From Candidatus Bathyarchaeota archaeon (GTDB lineage Archaea; Thermoproteota; Bathyarchaeia; 40CM-2-53-6), in NCBI GenBank assembly GCA_963753065.1, contig CAVWAQ010000001.1, positions 195,736-259,735 on the forward strand: a stretch of 64,000 nt of DNA, given 5' to 3'. Positions 29,501 through 39,173 of the stretch are shown here, piece after piece (positions within the stretch are counted from its first letter, which is position 1; each line of letters begins with the position of its first letter). The notes beneath the pieces are model-generated. The model was not told the DNA's origin and made no database searches. It worked only from the letters and a program-made list of their open reading frames with translations. Made by a program: the position numbers and the translations under genes.

Positions 29501-30299
29501 GAAGTACAGAAATAGTAAGGAGAAGGCCGAGGAAGTCGCCACCCTACTAACGCACACCACACTCGGAGACATAGCTTCCAGTATCGAGTCTGACATAACT
29601 AGGATGAGAATCGTCGTCAAGCTTGACGCTGCAGCCATGCGGGAGAAGTCCGTCACGCTGAAAGACATCAAGGCAGCAATTCAGGTACCTCGAGGAGAGG
29701 CAAAGGTAGAGAAAGACGAGATCGAAATCAGTACCGAAGAGATGGACATTCCACAGTTCAGACGGTTGGAATCTCGCGTCGCTGGAATGCATGTGAAAGG
29801 AATCCCGGCGGTGAGACGTGCTCTCGTAATGGAGGAGAATCACGAATGGATCATCAGAACCGAAGGATCAAACCTTGAACTTGCACTGACGACACAAGGA
29901 GTCGATCCAGCCAGAACGATATCCAACAATATGCATGAAGTGGCAGCCGTGCTTGGAATCGAGGCCGCGCGCAACGTAATAATCAAGGAAGCGAAGGCTG
30001 TCCTTGAAGAACAAGGTCTTGATGTCGACATAAGACACGTAATGCTCGTAGCCGACGCGATGACCGCGTCAGGTGAGGTCCTTCAGGTAGGCAGACATGG
30101 CGTTAGCGGCGAGAAAGCCAGCACTCTCGCGAAGGCAGCCTTCGAGATCACGATCCCAACGATCGTCGATGCAGCCGTACGTGGAACCAAAGATCACCTG
30201 CGCGGAGTTGCGGAGAACGTAATAGTCGGGCAGCAAGTGCCAATGGGCACTGGCTTGATCGAAGTCTTCATGTCGATGTCTGAGAAGAGGGAGAAATGA
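26514..30299 (+). CDS. rpoA: DNA-directed RNA polymerase subunit A, with A' and A'' parts in one continuous frame
   Basis: [12 protein letters not shown] (the A' active site) and [21 protein letters not shown] (A'' hallmark) lie in the same uninterrupted ORF. ATG 26514 or GTG 26505 could be the start. Confidence 0.9.
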   Translation: [1261 protein letters not shown]

Positions 30300-30598
30300 T
30301 GGATCTGAACAAGCAGATCAGCATGGTCGTCAAAACCGGCAAGATTGAGTTAGGCTGCAGCAAAGCGACGGATGCGGCGAAGACAGGGAAGGCGCGTCTG
30401 ATCGTCATTGCCTCGAACTGTCCGGAACCACACAGGTCGAGCATCGTCTACAATGCGAAAGTCTCAGAGGTTCCCGTCTACGTTTACTCCGGTACAAGCA
30501 TGGACTTGGGTGCCGCATGCGAAAAGCCATTTCTAGTTGCTGCTCTCACAGTGAAGGAACCTGGCGACTCTGAAATCCTAAAGTTGGCTGAAGCCTGA
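30296..30598 (+). CDS. rpl30e: 50S ribosomal protein eL30
   Basis: 100 aa; GKARLIVIASNCP...VPVYVYSGTSMDLGAACEKPF. Confidence 0.9.
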   Translation: MMDLNKQISMVVKTGKIELGCSKATDAAKTGKARLIVIASNCPEPHRSSIVYNAKVSEVPVYVYSGTSMDLGAACEKPFLVAALTVKEPGDSEILKLAEA

Positions 30599-30600
30599 AG

Positions 30601-31038
30601 ATGTCCGCTACGAAGATCCGTCTGGGCAGCGATGAGATGCGCTACATTGCTCTATTCGAGAGTATAACGGGCGCAACGGCGAATGACTGCTTGATCGACT
30701 CCCTAGGCGACCGGATCATCTTCATTGCCAAACCAGGGCAGATGGGGTTAGCGATAGGGAAGGCGGGCAAGAACATCAACACTCTCCGAAGAATGACCGG
30801 CAAGCCAGTCGAGGTTGTCGAGGCATCTGAAAGCGTGGAGGGCTTGATCAAGAACTCTCTCGCCCCTGCAAAGATCAAGGAGATCAGGGTCACTGAACGC
30901 CCCGACAAGAAGATCGTCGTCGTCGAAGTTGATCCAAGGGACAAGGCCCTAGCGATCGGGAAGAACGGCAGGACGATAGACAAGACCCGCATGCTAGCTA
31001 AGAGATACTTCCAAATCGATCATGTACAGATCGCGTAG
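30601..31038 (+). CDS. nusA: archaeal NusA-like transcription termination factor (2 KH domains)
   Basis: Two GxxGxNI motifs: IGKAGKNINTLR and IGKNGRTIDKTR. It sits in the canonical position after rpl30e. Confidence 0.9.
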   Translation: MSATKIRLGSDEMRYIALFESITGATANDCLIDSLGDRIIFIAKPGQMGLAIGKAGKNINTLRRMTGKPVEVVEASESVEGLIKNSLAPAKIKEIRVTERPDKKIVVVEVDPRDKALAIGKNGRTIDKTRMLAKRYFQIDHVQIA

Positions 31039-31125
31039 GAATACGCAACGCGGTGCATGATCAATCAGTCAGGAAAAGAGGCAAGTCCATCGCGGAAATC
31101 GAGACACAATCATGAACGAGCGCAA

Positions 31126-31806
31126 TCATGAATAGAATAGCAAGAACACGATGCTTGTGATCGTGATCGCCACGATCAGCCCTGCCACCGCTTGGTTCGG
31201 TGTGTGTGCGCACAATTTCAATCTTGCCCACACCATGAGAACGGAAAGCGAATAGAGAGGGGCAACCCATATGCCGAACACAAGGACCAGCGCGGTGGTG
31301 GGTCCCGCTATCCCAGCGGTATGAGCGCTTATCTTCCAGCCGAGTGTTATCAGGCACATAGCCAGACCCACACAGAGGTACGCAACTGCCATCACAAACA
31401 TGAGTTTGTTATTGAGGACAAGAAAAGTCGCAATCCCCATGGCATAGCCGATCAACCCAAGAGCGTACAGCGGTACACGTTTCGTGGGATCCGAGACATC
31501 CAGATCCGTTCTACCGGTCATTTTGCTATACAGCACCGGTACGAATGGTGCTAGGCACAATGTGACGATGCCGACAAACGCTGACGACAACGGATTCATC
31601 AGCGGTCCTAATCCGACCGGGGAGAACCAAGAGAACACGATCGAAATGATGGCCGCGACACCGAATGGTGTGAATATTCCTGAGAATATCTCGGCCGCCC
31701 TAGTTTCCCAGCTCACTCGCAGTCTCACCATTGTCTCATGCCGATCAGGGAATTTGTGTAACCCATTCAGAGATCGATGGCAAGTGCTGGTTGCATGATG
31801 TCTCAA
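31126..31806 (-). CDS. integral membrane protein, divergent PAP2-like phosphatase (candidate)
   Basis: About 6 TM helices. KISAHTAG and ARLKLCAHTPNQAVAG loosely resemble PAP2 motifs C2/C3 (PSGH / SRxxxxxHxxxD). Confidence 0.35.
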   Translation of the reverse strand: MRHHATSTCHRSLNGLHKFPDRHETMVRLRVSWETRAAEIFSGIFTPFGVAAIISIVFSWFSPVGLGPLMNPLSSAFVGIVTLCLAPFVPVLYSKMTGRTDLDVSDPTKRVPLYALGLIGYAMGIATFLVLNNKLMFVMAVAYLCVGLAMCLITLGWKISAHTAGIAGPTTALVLVFGIWVAPLYSLSVLMVWARLKLCAHTPNQAVAGLIVAITITSIVFLLFYS

Positions 31807-32903
31807 AGACCCAACTGGTGCCTCACGGAGGCGACGGTCTTCGAGTCCGGCATCTCGGCTGATGCGCCGGTGATTATGACGTGATCCAGTCTTCCTCCTC
31901 GTGCGACTGGAAAGTGCACGAAAGGAACATAGTACTGCGTCAACTCCTCGATGTGAAACGTGTTGCTCAGGATCTGTTTGGATTCCTCTGGCATTTTCAC
32001 GAGCTTGTCTCGCAGTCTTTGCACGACTGTCTCCTTAGTCTCCCTCGAGGCTGCGATTCTTGATAGCGTTCCTTCAACATTGAGATCAGCGATGTCGAAT
32101 ATACGACGACTCTTCCATCTGCTGGGTAGTACCTCGTCAAGCATGTCGCCTTCTCGCCCATCTGAAGTCACGTACATCTCGGCTCGTCCATGTCTCAGCG
32201 CGAGTTCGGTCACATCCTTGAGATTGAAGTATCTTTTTTCACCCATGAAAAGCCTGGAGAATCGTTTCAGTGTGCGTCTCAACGTGTCCGGAACATCCTC
32301 GCTTTCTTGTTCTTCTATCATGAGGTCACGTGTCTCTCCATCAACCTCGACTGCGACAACGTCCTTGTCTACTCGAATGCTGTAGTTTGCGTTCCTTAGA
32401 TAGAAGCATTCATGATAACCCTTCAGGTGCCATAATGGAAAATAGACTATGGTAGGGGGCCCGGCGAGCTTGGACATCGCAGATACGGGTCTGAACAAGT
32501 CTGCTAGGCGTTGAAGGATCCCCGGTTTGATTGCTTTCCTAGCAAGCCTATCAAGAGGTTGTGGTATGACCCTCACGCCAGTCTCGACAATCCTCGATGG
32601 ATCCCATCCATTTCCTTGACGAGGACCTGGCATCTCTTTGGCTAGCTCGTCGAGTGTGCGTAGTTTCTCAAGCTTGGAAGCTATCTGAGCTCGCATGTCT
32701 TCGCGTTCAGTCAAACGATTTGTCCGCCCTTCGTTGAATCTCGGACCCGGTATCTCAGTTGCTGTCAGATCAGATATGAGACCCAAAGATAAGTCTGCCA
32801 CAGAGCGACCCATCTGAAGCTCGCCTGGCACGTTTTGATACCGAGCTTGAGACACAACAATACACATCACGGCTAGGCATGCAGAAATAGCTGAAAAGAT
32901 CAA
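31803..32903 (-). CDS. hypothetical protein with an N-terminal membrane anchor
   Basis: 366-aa ORF whose 4-nt overlap with the downstream membrane protein suggests an operon. No recognisable motif. Confidence 0.4.
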   Translation of the reverse strand: MIFSAISACLAVMCIVVSQARYQNVPGELQMGRSVADLSLGLISDLTATEIPGPRFNEGRTNRLTEREDMRAQIASKLEKLRTLDELAKEMPGPRQGNGWDPSRIVETGVRVIPQPLDRLARKAIKPGILQRLADLFRPVSAMSKLAGPPTIVYFPLWHLKGYHECFYLRNANYSIRVDKDVVAVEVDGETRDLMIEEQESEDVPDTLRRTLKRFSRLFMGEKRYFNLKDVTELALRHGRAEMYVTSDGREGDMLDEVLPSRWKSRRIFDIADLNVEGTLSRIAASRETKETVVQRLRDKLVKMPEESKQILSNTFHIEELTQYYVPFVHFPVARGGRLDHVIITGASAEMPDSKTVASVRHQLGL

Positions 32904-32926
32904 CCAGACTGGCGATGTGAGCGATA

Positions 32927-33640
32927 ATGGGTGAGATCGAACCTCGACTGGTTTTCATTCACGGTGCTGGAGGAACACACAAGGTCTGGCGGTATCAAAC
33001 ATCCGCGTTTCCAGGGAGTGTAGCGCTCGATCTACCTGGCCACCCGAGAGGCATTGGGTACAACACGATCTCGGAATATGCGGAGTTCGTGACCAAAGCG
33101 ATCATGGAACTAGGGCTCACATCAGTAATACTAGTGGGTCACTCGATGGGTGGCGCCATCACGATCGAGATCGCCCTTGCCCGTCCGCCGTTTCTCGCCG
33201 GAATAGTGCTCGTCGGTTCCGGGGCACGGCTACGAGTGACTTCCATCATAAAGGATGAAGTGACCCGCGACTATGCACATGCTGCAGAAGTAATCGCTCA
33301 GTGGGCGTACTCTTCGAAGAGTGATGTGAAGCTGAGAAAGGCGTCGGTTCAGGAGTTGCTTGAAGTCCCGGCTGAAGTCACCTACGGTGACTTTCAGGCC
33401 TGTGACCATTTCGATAAGATGAACGAAATCAGTCGTATCGATCTGCCCACTTTGTTGGTGTGTGGTGAAGATGACGCGCTCACGCCGATCAAATACTCGC
33501 AGTTCTTGAAGGAGAGAATTCGAAATGCTCGAATCGCCATTATTCCCGGTGCAGGCCACTCGGTTATGCTGGAGAAACCAAGGGAGTTGAACAACGCGCT
33601 ACGGTCATTTCTGGCGGAGACTCGCCTCTCCCATATGTGA
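32927..33640 (+). CDS. alpha/beta hydrolase
   Basis: HG oxyanion motif (VFIHGAGG), nucleophile elbow GHSMGG, and C-terminal PGAGHSVMLE. Confidence 0.75.
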   Translation: MGEIEPRLVFIHGAGGTHKVWRYQTSAFPGSVALDLPGHPRGIGYNTISEYAEFVTKAIMELGLTSVILVGHSMGGAITIEIALARPPFLAGIVLVGSGARLRVTSIIKDEVTRDYAHAAEVIAQWAYSSKSDVKLRKASVQELLEVPAEVTYGDFQACDHFDKMNEISRIDLPTLLVCGEDDALTPIKYSQFLKERIRNARIAIIPGAGHSVMLEKPRELNNALRSFLAETRLSHM

Positions 33641-33767
33641 GAACTGGTCCAGTCGTCGCCGCATTAGCATAGGGTAGCAATTAGTGAGGCTACTTGCGCG
33701 AAATGGCTTGTCCGAGAAAGAAGCTTCGACTTGATTCCACGGACCATGTGGTCGAATGTTCAGATAG

Positions 33768-34418
33768 CTAGGGCGCTTTGAATGTCCAGTCATCTGTCTC
33801 GGATAGTATCGCCCTTAGGATTGCGGTTGCTCTTCTGTGGCCGATTGCTAGGAAAGCCTTGCCTAGATGTTTGCACATTAGTTTGGATCGCATATTGTTC
33901 TTCCAGTCATCACAGTCGTGTGTGATTGTTTTGTTCTTGAGATCAATCCTGACTATGTATTGCTTCACGTTTCCGGAAATGAGCTCTTGTTCTAGGCCGG
34001 ACAACGAGACCAAATCGTCAGGGATTGATTTCGCTCGTTCAAGACGAGCGTTTCCGAGAAATCGTTGCAGAAGCCCCTCTAGGTCAAGTTTGCTGAGCTC
34101 GTTTCTGGAGATCTGCTTGGGCAGCTTTCGTCTGTCAATTCTAGGGGACGCCGCTGCGGATCTGTCAGGCGAAGTACCGAATCGTTTCAGAGCTTCGTCG
34201 ATACGCGAATCTATGAAGAGCCGTTCATCTTCAGTGTATTTACTCCGGTTGCGTGGTTCGTCGAAATATCTTCTTGCAAGCTTCGCTCTGACCGGCTTGT
34301 CTAGAGGATACATGTAGTTCTCAGGATCTGCGTACAGTTCAGGATCGGTAGGATAGTTCGGGGGCGGCGCAAGTCTCCCGAAGGATTTCCTATCAGGCAT
34401 TTTCCCGGGCATTTCCAA
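33768..34418 (-). CDS. SWIM-type zinc-finger protein (hypothetical)
   Basis: C-terminal THDCDDWKNNMRSKLMCKHLGKAFLAI resembles the SWIM CxCxnCxH motif, with HxC replacing the first pair. Confidence 0.45.
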   Translation of the reverse strand: MEMPGKMPDRKSFGRLAPPPNYPTDPELYADPENYMYPLDKPVRAKLARRYFDEPRNRSKYTEDERLFIDSRIDEALKRFGTSPDRSAAASPRIDRRKLPKQISRNELSKLDLEGLLQRFLGNARLERAKSIPDDLVSLSGLEQELISGNVKQYIVRIDLKNKTITHDCDDWKNNMRSKLMCKHLGKAFLAIGHRRATAILRAILSETDDWTFKAP

Positions 34419-34440
34419 GCCTCTGGTCGGATTGCCTTGC

Positions 34441-35607
34441 TCAAGGGTGCTTGACGTAGGTTGGTTCCGCAGTGTCCTTTGCGTAAACCTGACGGCTCGA
34501 GAGTCTCCCGGTCAGCTTCGTGCCACTGATGCTTGCTGTGATTGCCGTGAAGAGTGCACTCAGGTTCTCGCCTGTTCGTGCGCTTATGGCAACGATCTCC
34601 GTTCCAATGAATCCTTCGCGAATCACGTCAAGAGCGCGTTCGAGTTGTCTAGATTCAATCAAGTCGATCTTGTTGGCGCAAACTATGATATCCCCGTCTG
34701 TGCCAATTTCTCTCAGGATCTTGTTCATGGATGAACAACGACGGCTGATGGTGTGAGCCTCCTCACTTGCGTCTACGAATAGCAGGATCACATCAGAGTG
34801 TGCAATTTCACCAAATGTGGCAGTGAATGCTTTCACGATTGTAGGGTGCATGTCTTCTATGAATCCGATTGAGTCTATCAGCAAGAATTCTGAATCACGT
34901 GATGCTTCGGCTCGCACCTTTCTTGCGAATGTGGACAGAGTTGTAAACGGTCCAAGTCCCACATTCTTGGTCTCGGAGGCCAACCGATTGAATAAGGTCG
35001 TCTTCCCAGCTTGCGTGTATCCTGCAAGTGCAACTATGGGGAACCCCAGCTCTCGACGTCTTCCTCTGATGATCTCTTTCTTGTGATCCAGATCTCTAAG
35101 CTGTGATTCCAGACGACTTATTCTGTTGCGTGCCGCGCGAGTATACTCTTGGAAAGGGTAGTCGCCCGGCCCCATCCAGCCAACTTGCTCGCCCATTATT
35201 CCTCTCAGTTTGATGAACTCGCGACCCCAAGACAACGTGTACTTCAACTTGGCAAGCTTGATCTGAAGTTTGGCCTCCTTGGTCATCGCGCGTTTGTCAA
35301 AGACCTCTAGAATGAGCAGGTTCCTGTCTATGACTCGTACTTCGCCTCCTAGGCGCTGCTGGATCTTGAAAACCTGACTGCTTGGCAGCGTGTTTGCGAA
35401 TATTACAATCTCAACTTCGCGCGAATCGACGATTTCCTTCAGTTCTTCAACCTTGCCTGGGCCTATGAAGTAGGAGTGGTGGTCGCTGTTTCGTTTCTGA
35501 ATGATGACTTCGACGACATCGTATCCTATGTTTTCCGCCATCGCTTTTGCTTCTTCAGCCCGCGGAGGTAGTGATGGCAACTTGCACTCCACCACTACAG
35601 CACGCAC
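34441..35607 (-). CDS. hflX: GTPase HflX
   Basis: HflX N-domain, G1 motif GYTQAGKTTLFNRL, G3 DSIGF and G4 NKID. Confidence 0.9.
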   Translation of the reverse strand: MRAVVVECKLPSLPPRAEEAKAMAENIGYDVVEVIIQKRNSDHHSYFIGPGKVEELKEIVDSREVEIVIFANTLPSSQVFKIQQRLGGEVRVIDRNLLILEVFDKRAMTKEAKLQIKLAKLKYTLSWGREFIKLRGIMGEQVGWMGPGDYPFQEYTRAARNRISRLESQLRDLDHKKEIIRGRRRELGFPIVALAGYTQAGKTTLFNRLASETKNVGLGPFTTLSTFARKVRAEASRDSEFLLIDSIGFIEDMHPTIVKAFTATFGEIAHSDVILLFVDASEEAHTISRRCSSMNKILREIGTDGDIIVCANKIDLIESRQLERALDVIREGFIGTEIVAISARTGENLSALFTAITASISGTKLTGRLSSRQVYAKDTAEPTYVKHP

Positions 35608-35723
35608 GAGTCATCTCGCCTCGAGGTTTTCCCGAAGATTCAATCTTGGGCGGTGTGCTATTTAGGGATGCCATGACTTTCCGCAATGACCAGTGAAGTT
35701 GAGGTCAGAATCGATGTCAGCTT

Positions 35724-36032
35724 CTAGTCGTAGTATCTTATTTCGAAGTCATCGAATTCCCCTTTCCATTCCTGTCGTCTCAAGTCCACATCAACCACGT
35801 ACGCGTTCGGAGGACCACGCCGACAGAAATCGACGATCATCTTTACGTTGATTTCTTCTCCCTCGAAGATCGCTTCCACGCGGCCGTCAGGAAGGTTGCG
35901 AACCCAACCTGTAAGGCTCAGCTGCTTCGCCTTCGATGCCGTCTCCGCGCGGTAGAAGACGCCCTGAACTTTGCCCGTAACGATCACATGCGCCCTGATC
36001 TTCACAGATTCCAACCTTCGCCGGAGATTCAA
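35724..36032 (-). CDS. acyP: acylphosphatase
   Basis: VTGKVQGVFYR...GWVRNLPDGRVE is the acylphosphatase signature. The start may be the GTG giving VKIRAHV. Confidence 0.85.
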   Translation of the reverse strand: MNLRRRLESVKIRAHVIVTGKVQGVFYRAETASKAKQLSLTGWVRNLPDGRVEAIFEGEEINVKMIVDFCRRGPPNAYVVDVDLRRQEWKGEFDDFEIRYYD

Positions 36033-36114
36033 TTGCCCGATAACGCCCTAGTTTGCATACAACATTTTCGGAGCAGATCGACTTTACCCAAAGGCTAAAA
36101 CCCGCCGAGAGAAC

Positions 36115-37713
36115 ATGGTCAATCTGGAGAATCGTCAGATGCAGTCGCCATTAGGCGCCCAATACGTCCATGAGGAGCATCCCAGACTTGCGAAGGGAGA
36201 TGTCCTGCTGAGGGCAGATAAGGTCGTGAAGGGATTCCCAGGGGTATGGGAGAATCTGATACTCGACGAAGTTGACTTCGATGTGAAATCCGGAGAAATC
36301 CATGTAGTACTGGGGGAGAACGGTGCAGGGAAGACGGTCCTGGCTAACGTTCTCTCCGGATTCTACTCTGCATCGCGCGGACGGATCTACATCCGAGGAA
36401 AGCCTGTTACGATAAACTCCCCAGAAGATGCGCTTAGACTCGGCGTAGCAATGGTCCACCAAGAGTTTACGCTTGTGCGACCTCTCACAGTCGCGGAAAA
36501 CGTTGCTCTCGGCCTGAAGAAGAACAGTTTCTCCTTTCCAATACGTGAGGTAGAACGGAAACTGAACGAGCTGTCTGTGAAGTACAATCTGAAAGTCGAT
36601 TCCAAGGCGAGAGTTGCGGATCTTTCAGTTGGGGAACAGCAACGCGCCGAGATACTCAAAGTCCTCTATCACGATCCTGACGTAATCATACTAGACGAGC
36701 CCACCTCGGTACTAGCACCCACGGAATCTCAGCAGTTGTTTTCGATCCTTCGCGGACTCGCAGATGAGGGGAAAGGCGTCATTCTCATCACGCACAAGAT
36801 GGAGGATGTGATGCGTAACAGCGATCGGGTGACAGTTCTCAAGCTGGGCAAGCTGTCGGGGACCAAGAACACCTCTGAAACGAATGAACAGGAACTTGTC
36901 AGAATGATGATAGGTCCCGAGGTGCCGGTTCTGCCAAGGGTTCGGCCGTCCTCCAAAGGCCAAGTCGCGCTTGACATCAGCGAACTGCGGGTTCTGGGTG
37001 GGGAAGGAGAACCCGCCGTCAGAGGCGCCTCCCTCACTGTACACGAGGGTGAGATCTTGGGTATTGCGGGCGTTGCGGGGAACGGCCAAACTGAGCTGGT
37101 AGAAGCAATAACCGGCCTACGCAACGCGGTCGGCGGGAAGATAGTAATCCTAGGTCAAGACATGACCAACCACTCGCCGAAAGAAATCGCAATGCTCGGA
37201 GTCAGCAACATTCCAGAGGAACGAAGGAGGACAGGAACCGCCGAGGGACTCCCCCTCATGGAGAACCTTATGATGAAAGATTATCGCCAATCTCCATTCT
37301 CAAAAGCCGGATTCCTCAATATCCCGGTGATCAAGGAACACTGTAGGAAGCTGGTGTCCGAGTTTGAGATCCTGACTCCTGATCTTGAGAAGACTGAGGC
37401 AAGGATACTCTCGGGCGGAAACATCCAGAGAATGATCCTCGCAAGGGAGTTATGGAAAGAACCGCGCCTAGTGGTCGCATCGCATCCAACATACGGACTT
37501 GACCTCAGAGCCATCGAACACACACACCGGCTCCTGCTGAAATTGAGAGAGAAAGGCTCCGCGATCCTGCTGGTCTCAGAAGATCTGGACGAGATCATGG
37601 CGCTCAGCGACCGAATCGCAGTCATGTTCAATGGGAAGATAGTCGGAATCAAAGAATCCGGAGAGACGAACATGCAGGAAATCGGTCTCATGATGGCAGG
37701 GGCAACAAACTAG
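36115..37713 (+). CDS. ABC transporter ATP-binding protein, duplicated ATPase (BMP/sugar-nucleoside type)
   Basis: Walker A GENGAGKT, signature LSVGEQQR, Walker B IILDEPT, and a second degenerate cassette (LSGGNIQR). Confidence 0.9.
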   Translation: MVNLENRQMQSPLGAQYVHEEHPRLAKGDVLLRADKVVKGFPGVWENLILDEVDFDVKSGEIHVVLGENGAGKTVLANVLSGFYSASRGRIYIRGKPVTINSPEDALRLGVAMVHQEFTLVRPLTVAENVALGLKKNSFSFPIREVERKLNELSVKYNLKVDSKARVADLSVGEQQRAEILKVLYHDPDVIILDEPTSVLAPTESQQLFSILRGLADEGKGVILITHKMEDVMRNSDRVTVLKLGKLSGTKNTSETNEQELVRMMIGPEVPVLPRVRPSSKGQVALDISELRVLGGEGEPAVRGASLTVHEGEILGIAGVAGNGQTELVEAITGLRNAVGGKIVILGQDMTNHSPKEIAMLGVSNIPEERRRTGTAEGLPLMENLMMKDYRQSPFSKAGFLNIPVIKEHCRKLVSEFEILTPDLEKTEARILSGGNIQRMILARELWKEPRLVVASHPTYGLDLRAIEHTHRLLLKLREKGSAILLVSEDLDEIMALSDRIAVMFNGKIVGIKESGETNMQEIGLMMAGATN

Positions 37714-37811
37714 GTTAGTTAGGTAACTTCATCTCAGGTTCATCTTAAATATCACTTGCTCGGACACCCGGCATGGTAGGCCTTCTGCCTATCAAGGTCA
37801 TGTGAGAAAAA

Positions 37812-39146
37812 ATGAGAAAAACTTCTAGCATGTTACGACATATGTCTAGCAAATCAGCAATTACAAGAATACAAGCAATCATAATCGTTGTGGTCGTCGT
37901 GTTAGCTGCTGCAGGCGCCGCCGCCTACTACTTCACGATGCCTCAATTTGGGTGCCCCAGTGGTTCTCGTTGCATTGCCATCGTATCCGACACGGGCGGA
38001 CGCGGGGACCTTTCGTTCAACGACATGGCATTCAAGGGCGGAGAAGCGGCACAAACGGACTTCGGAGTCAAGATGCTGGCACTAATCAGCAGAACAGAGG
38101 CCGACTACATTCCCAACCTCGAAACTGCAGCAAAGGATCCTGGGGTGATACTTATCGTTGGTGTCGGCTATTTGTTGGCTGATGCGATAAACGCTACTGC
38201 AAGAAAATACCCGGACAAGAACTTTGTTATCATCGACTCCGCTGTCCCAGGTCTTCCCAATCTGATGAGCATACTTTTCGAGGAGCACAAGTCAAGCGCA
38301 ATCATTGGCGCGATTGCAGCGTTGACTGCTGCTGCGTTCGGCTATCATCGCATTGGTGTTGTCCTCGGTATTGAGATCCCAGTGCTTTGGAAGTTCGAGA
38401 TCGGCTACAAGTGGGGAGCTGACTGGGCACTGAAGTGGTATCAGAACAAGTTCGGCAAGAGTGCACCGGTCATCGGAGATACTCCGGTGAAAGAGAGAGT
38501 CCTATACACCTACACAGGCAGCTTCAGTGATGTCACGAAGGGGTATGAAGCCGCAAAGCCGATGTTCGTTCGTGATGCGGCCCATGACGCCGGGGTTGTC
38601 TATAACGTGGCGGGCCTGACCGGCTTGGGCATCAACCAAGCCGTTCAGGAGATAGCTGCTGCTAACAACTTGACAATGGGCCCCCCCTTCATGATGGGGG
38701 TCGATTCTGACCAAGATTGGATCAATCCAGGCTTCATCCTCGCCAGCGCAATGAAACGTGTTGACACAGGAGTCCACTTTGCTACTCAGCTAGTTACACA
38801 GGGCACCTTCCGACAGGTTGTAGCATCCACTGGCGGAGTAGTCACTCTGGGAATTGGAACCACCGTAAACGGTGTCCCGGTTCAAGGAGTATCCGTGAGC
38901 ACTTTGGCCGATTTGGATGAATTCATTCAAATGGGAGTCAACGCCGAGAAACTAACAGGAAAGACAGTGCTTACAATGCCTGCCGACCAGATCAAGGCCA
39001 AAGTTGCGGCTATGAGAAACTCTGTGCCGAGCTGGGTGTGGGATGGAGCGAACGAGCTGCAAAACGAGATCAACCAAAACCCCAACCTCGTACCGCTCGC
39101 TATGACGAAGGACGCAGTGGACCAATGGAGAGCCACCTTAGGATAG
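37812..39146 (+). CDS. BMP-family (basic membrane protein / PnrA-like) substrate-binding protein
   Basis: N-terminal TM/signal anchor, then SDTGGRGDLSFNDMAFKG and a periplasmic-binding fold pattern typical of nucleoside-binding BMP proteins. Confidence 0.8.
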   Translation: MRKTSSMLRHMSSKSAITRIQAIIIVVVVVLAAAGAAAYYFTMPQFGCPSGSRCIAIVSDTGGRGDLSFNDMAFKGGEAAQTDFGVKMLALISRTEADYIPNLETAAKDPGVILIVGVGYLLADAINATARKYPDKNFVIIDSAVPGLPNLMSILFEEHKSSAIIGAIAALTAAAFGYHRIGVVLGIEIPVLWKFEIGYKWGADWALKWYQNKFGKSAPVIGDTPVKERVLYTYTGSFSDVTKGYEAAKPMFVRDAAHDAGVVYNVAGLTGLGINQAVQEIAAANNLTMGPPFMMGVDSDQDWINPGFILASAMKRVDTGVHFATQLVTQGTFRQVVASTGGVVTLGIGTTVNGVPVQGVSVSTLADLDEFIQMGVNAEKLTGKTVLTMPADQIKAKVAAMRNSVPSWVWDGANELQNEINQNPNLVPLAMTKDAVDQWRATLG

Positions 39147-39164
39147 TGGCGCTCCAGTCCTCCC

Positions 39165-39173
39165 TTTTTTTTT
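39165..39173 (+). terminator. oligo-T tract (T9) just after the BMP binding-protein gene
   Basis: TCCC-TTTTTTTTT starts 19 nt after the stop codon. Archaeal RNAP terminates at oligo-T, so this is a possible intra-operon attenuator ahead of the permease genes. Confidence 0.4.

Noticed and set aside
23186-30299. Numerous 60-185-aa alternative-frame and antisense ORFs inside rpoB and rpoA, for example 25005-25562 and 28838-29242.
   Set aside because: They are embedded in strongly conserved coding frames, and their compositions are typical of off-frame translation.
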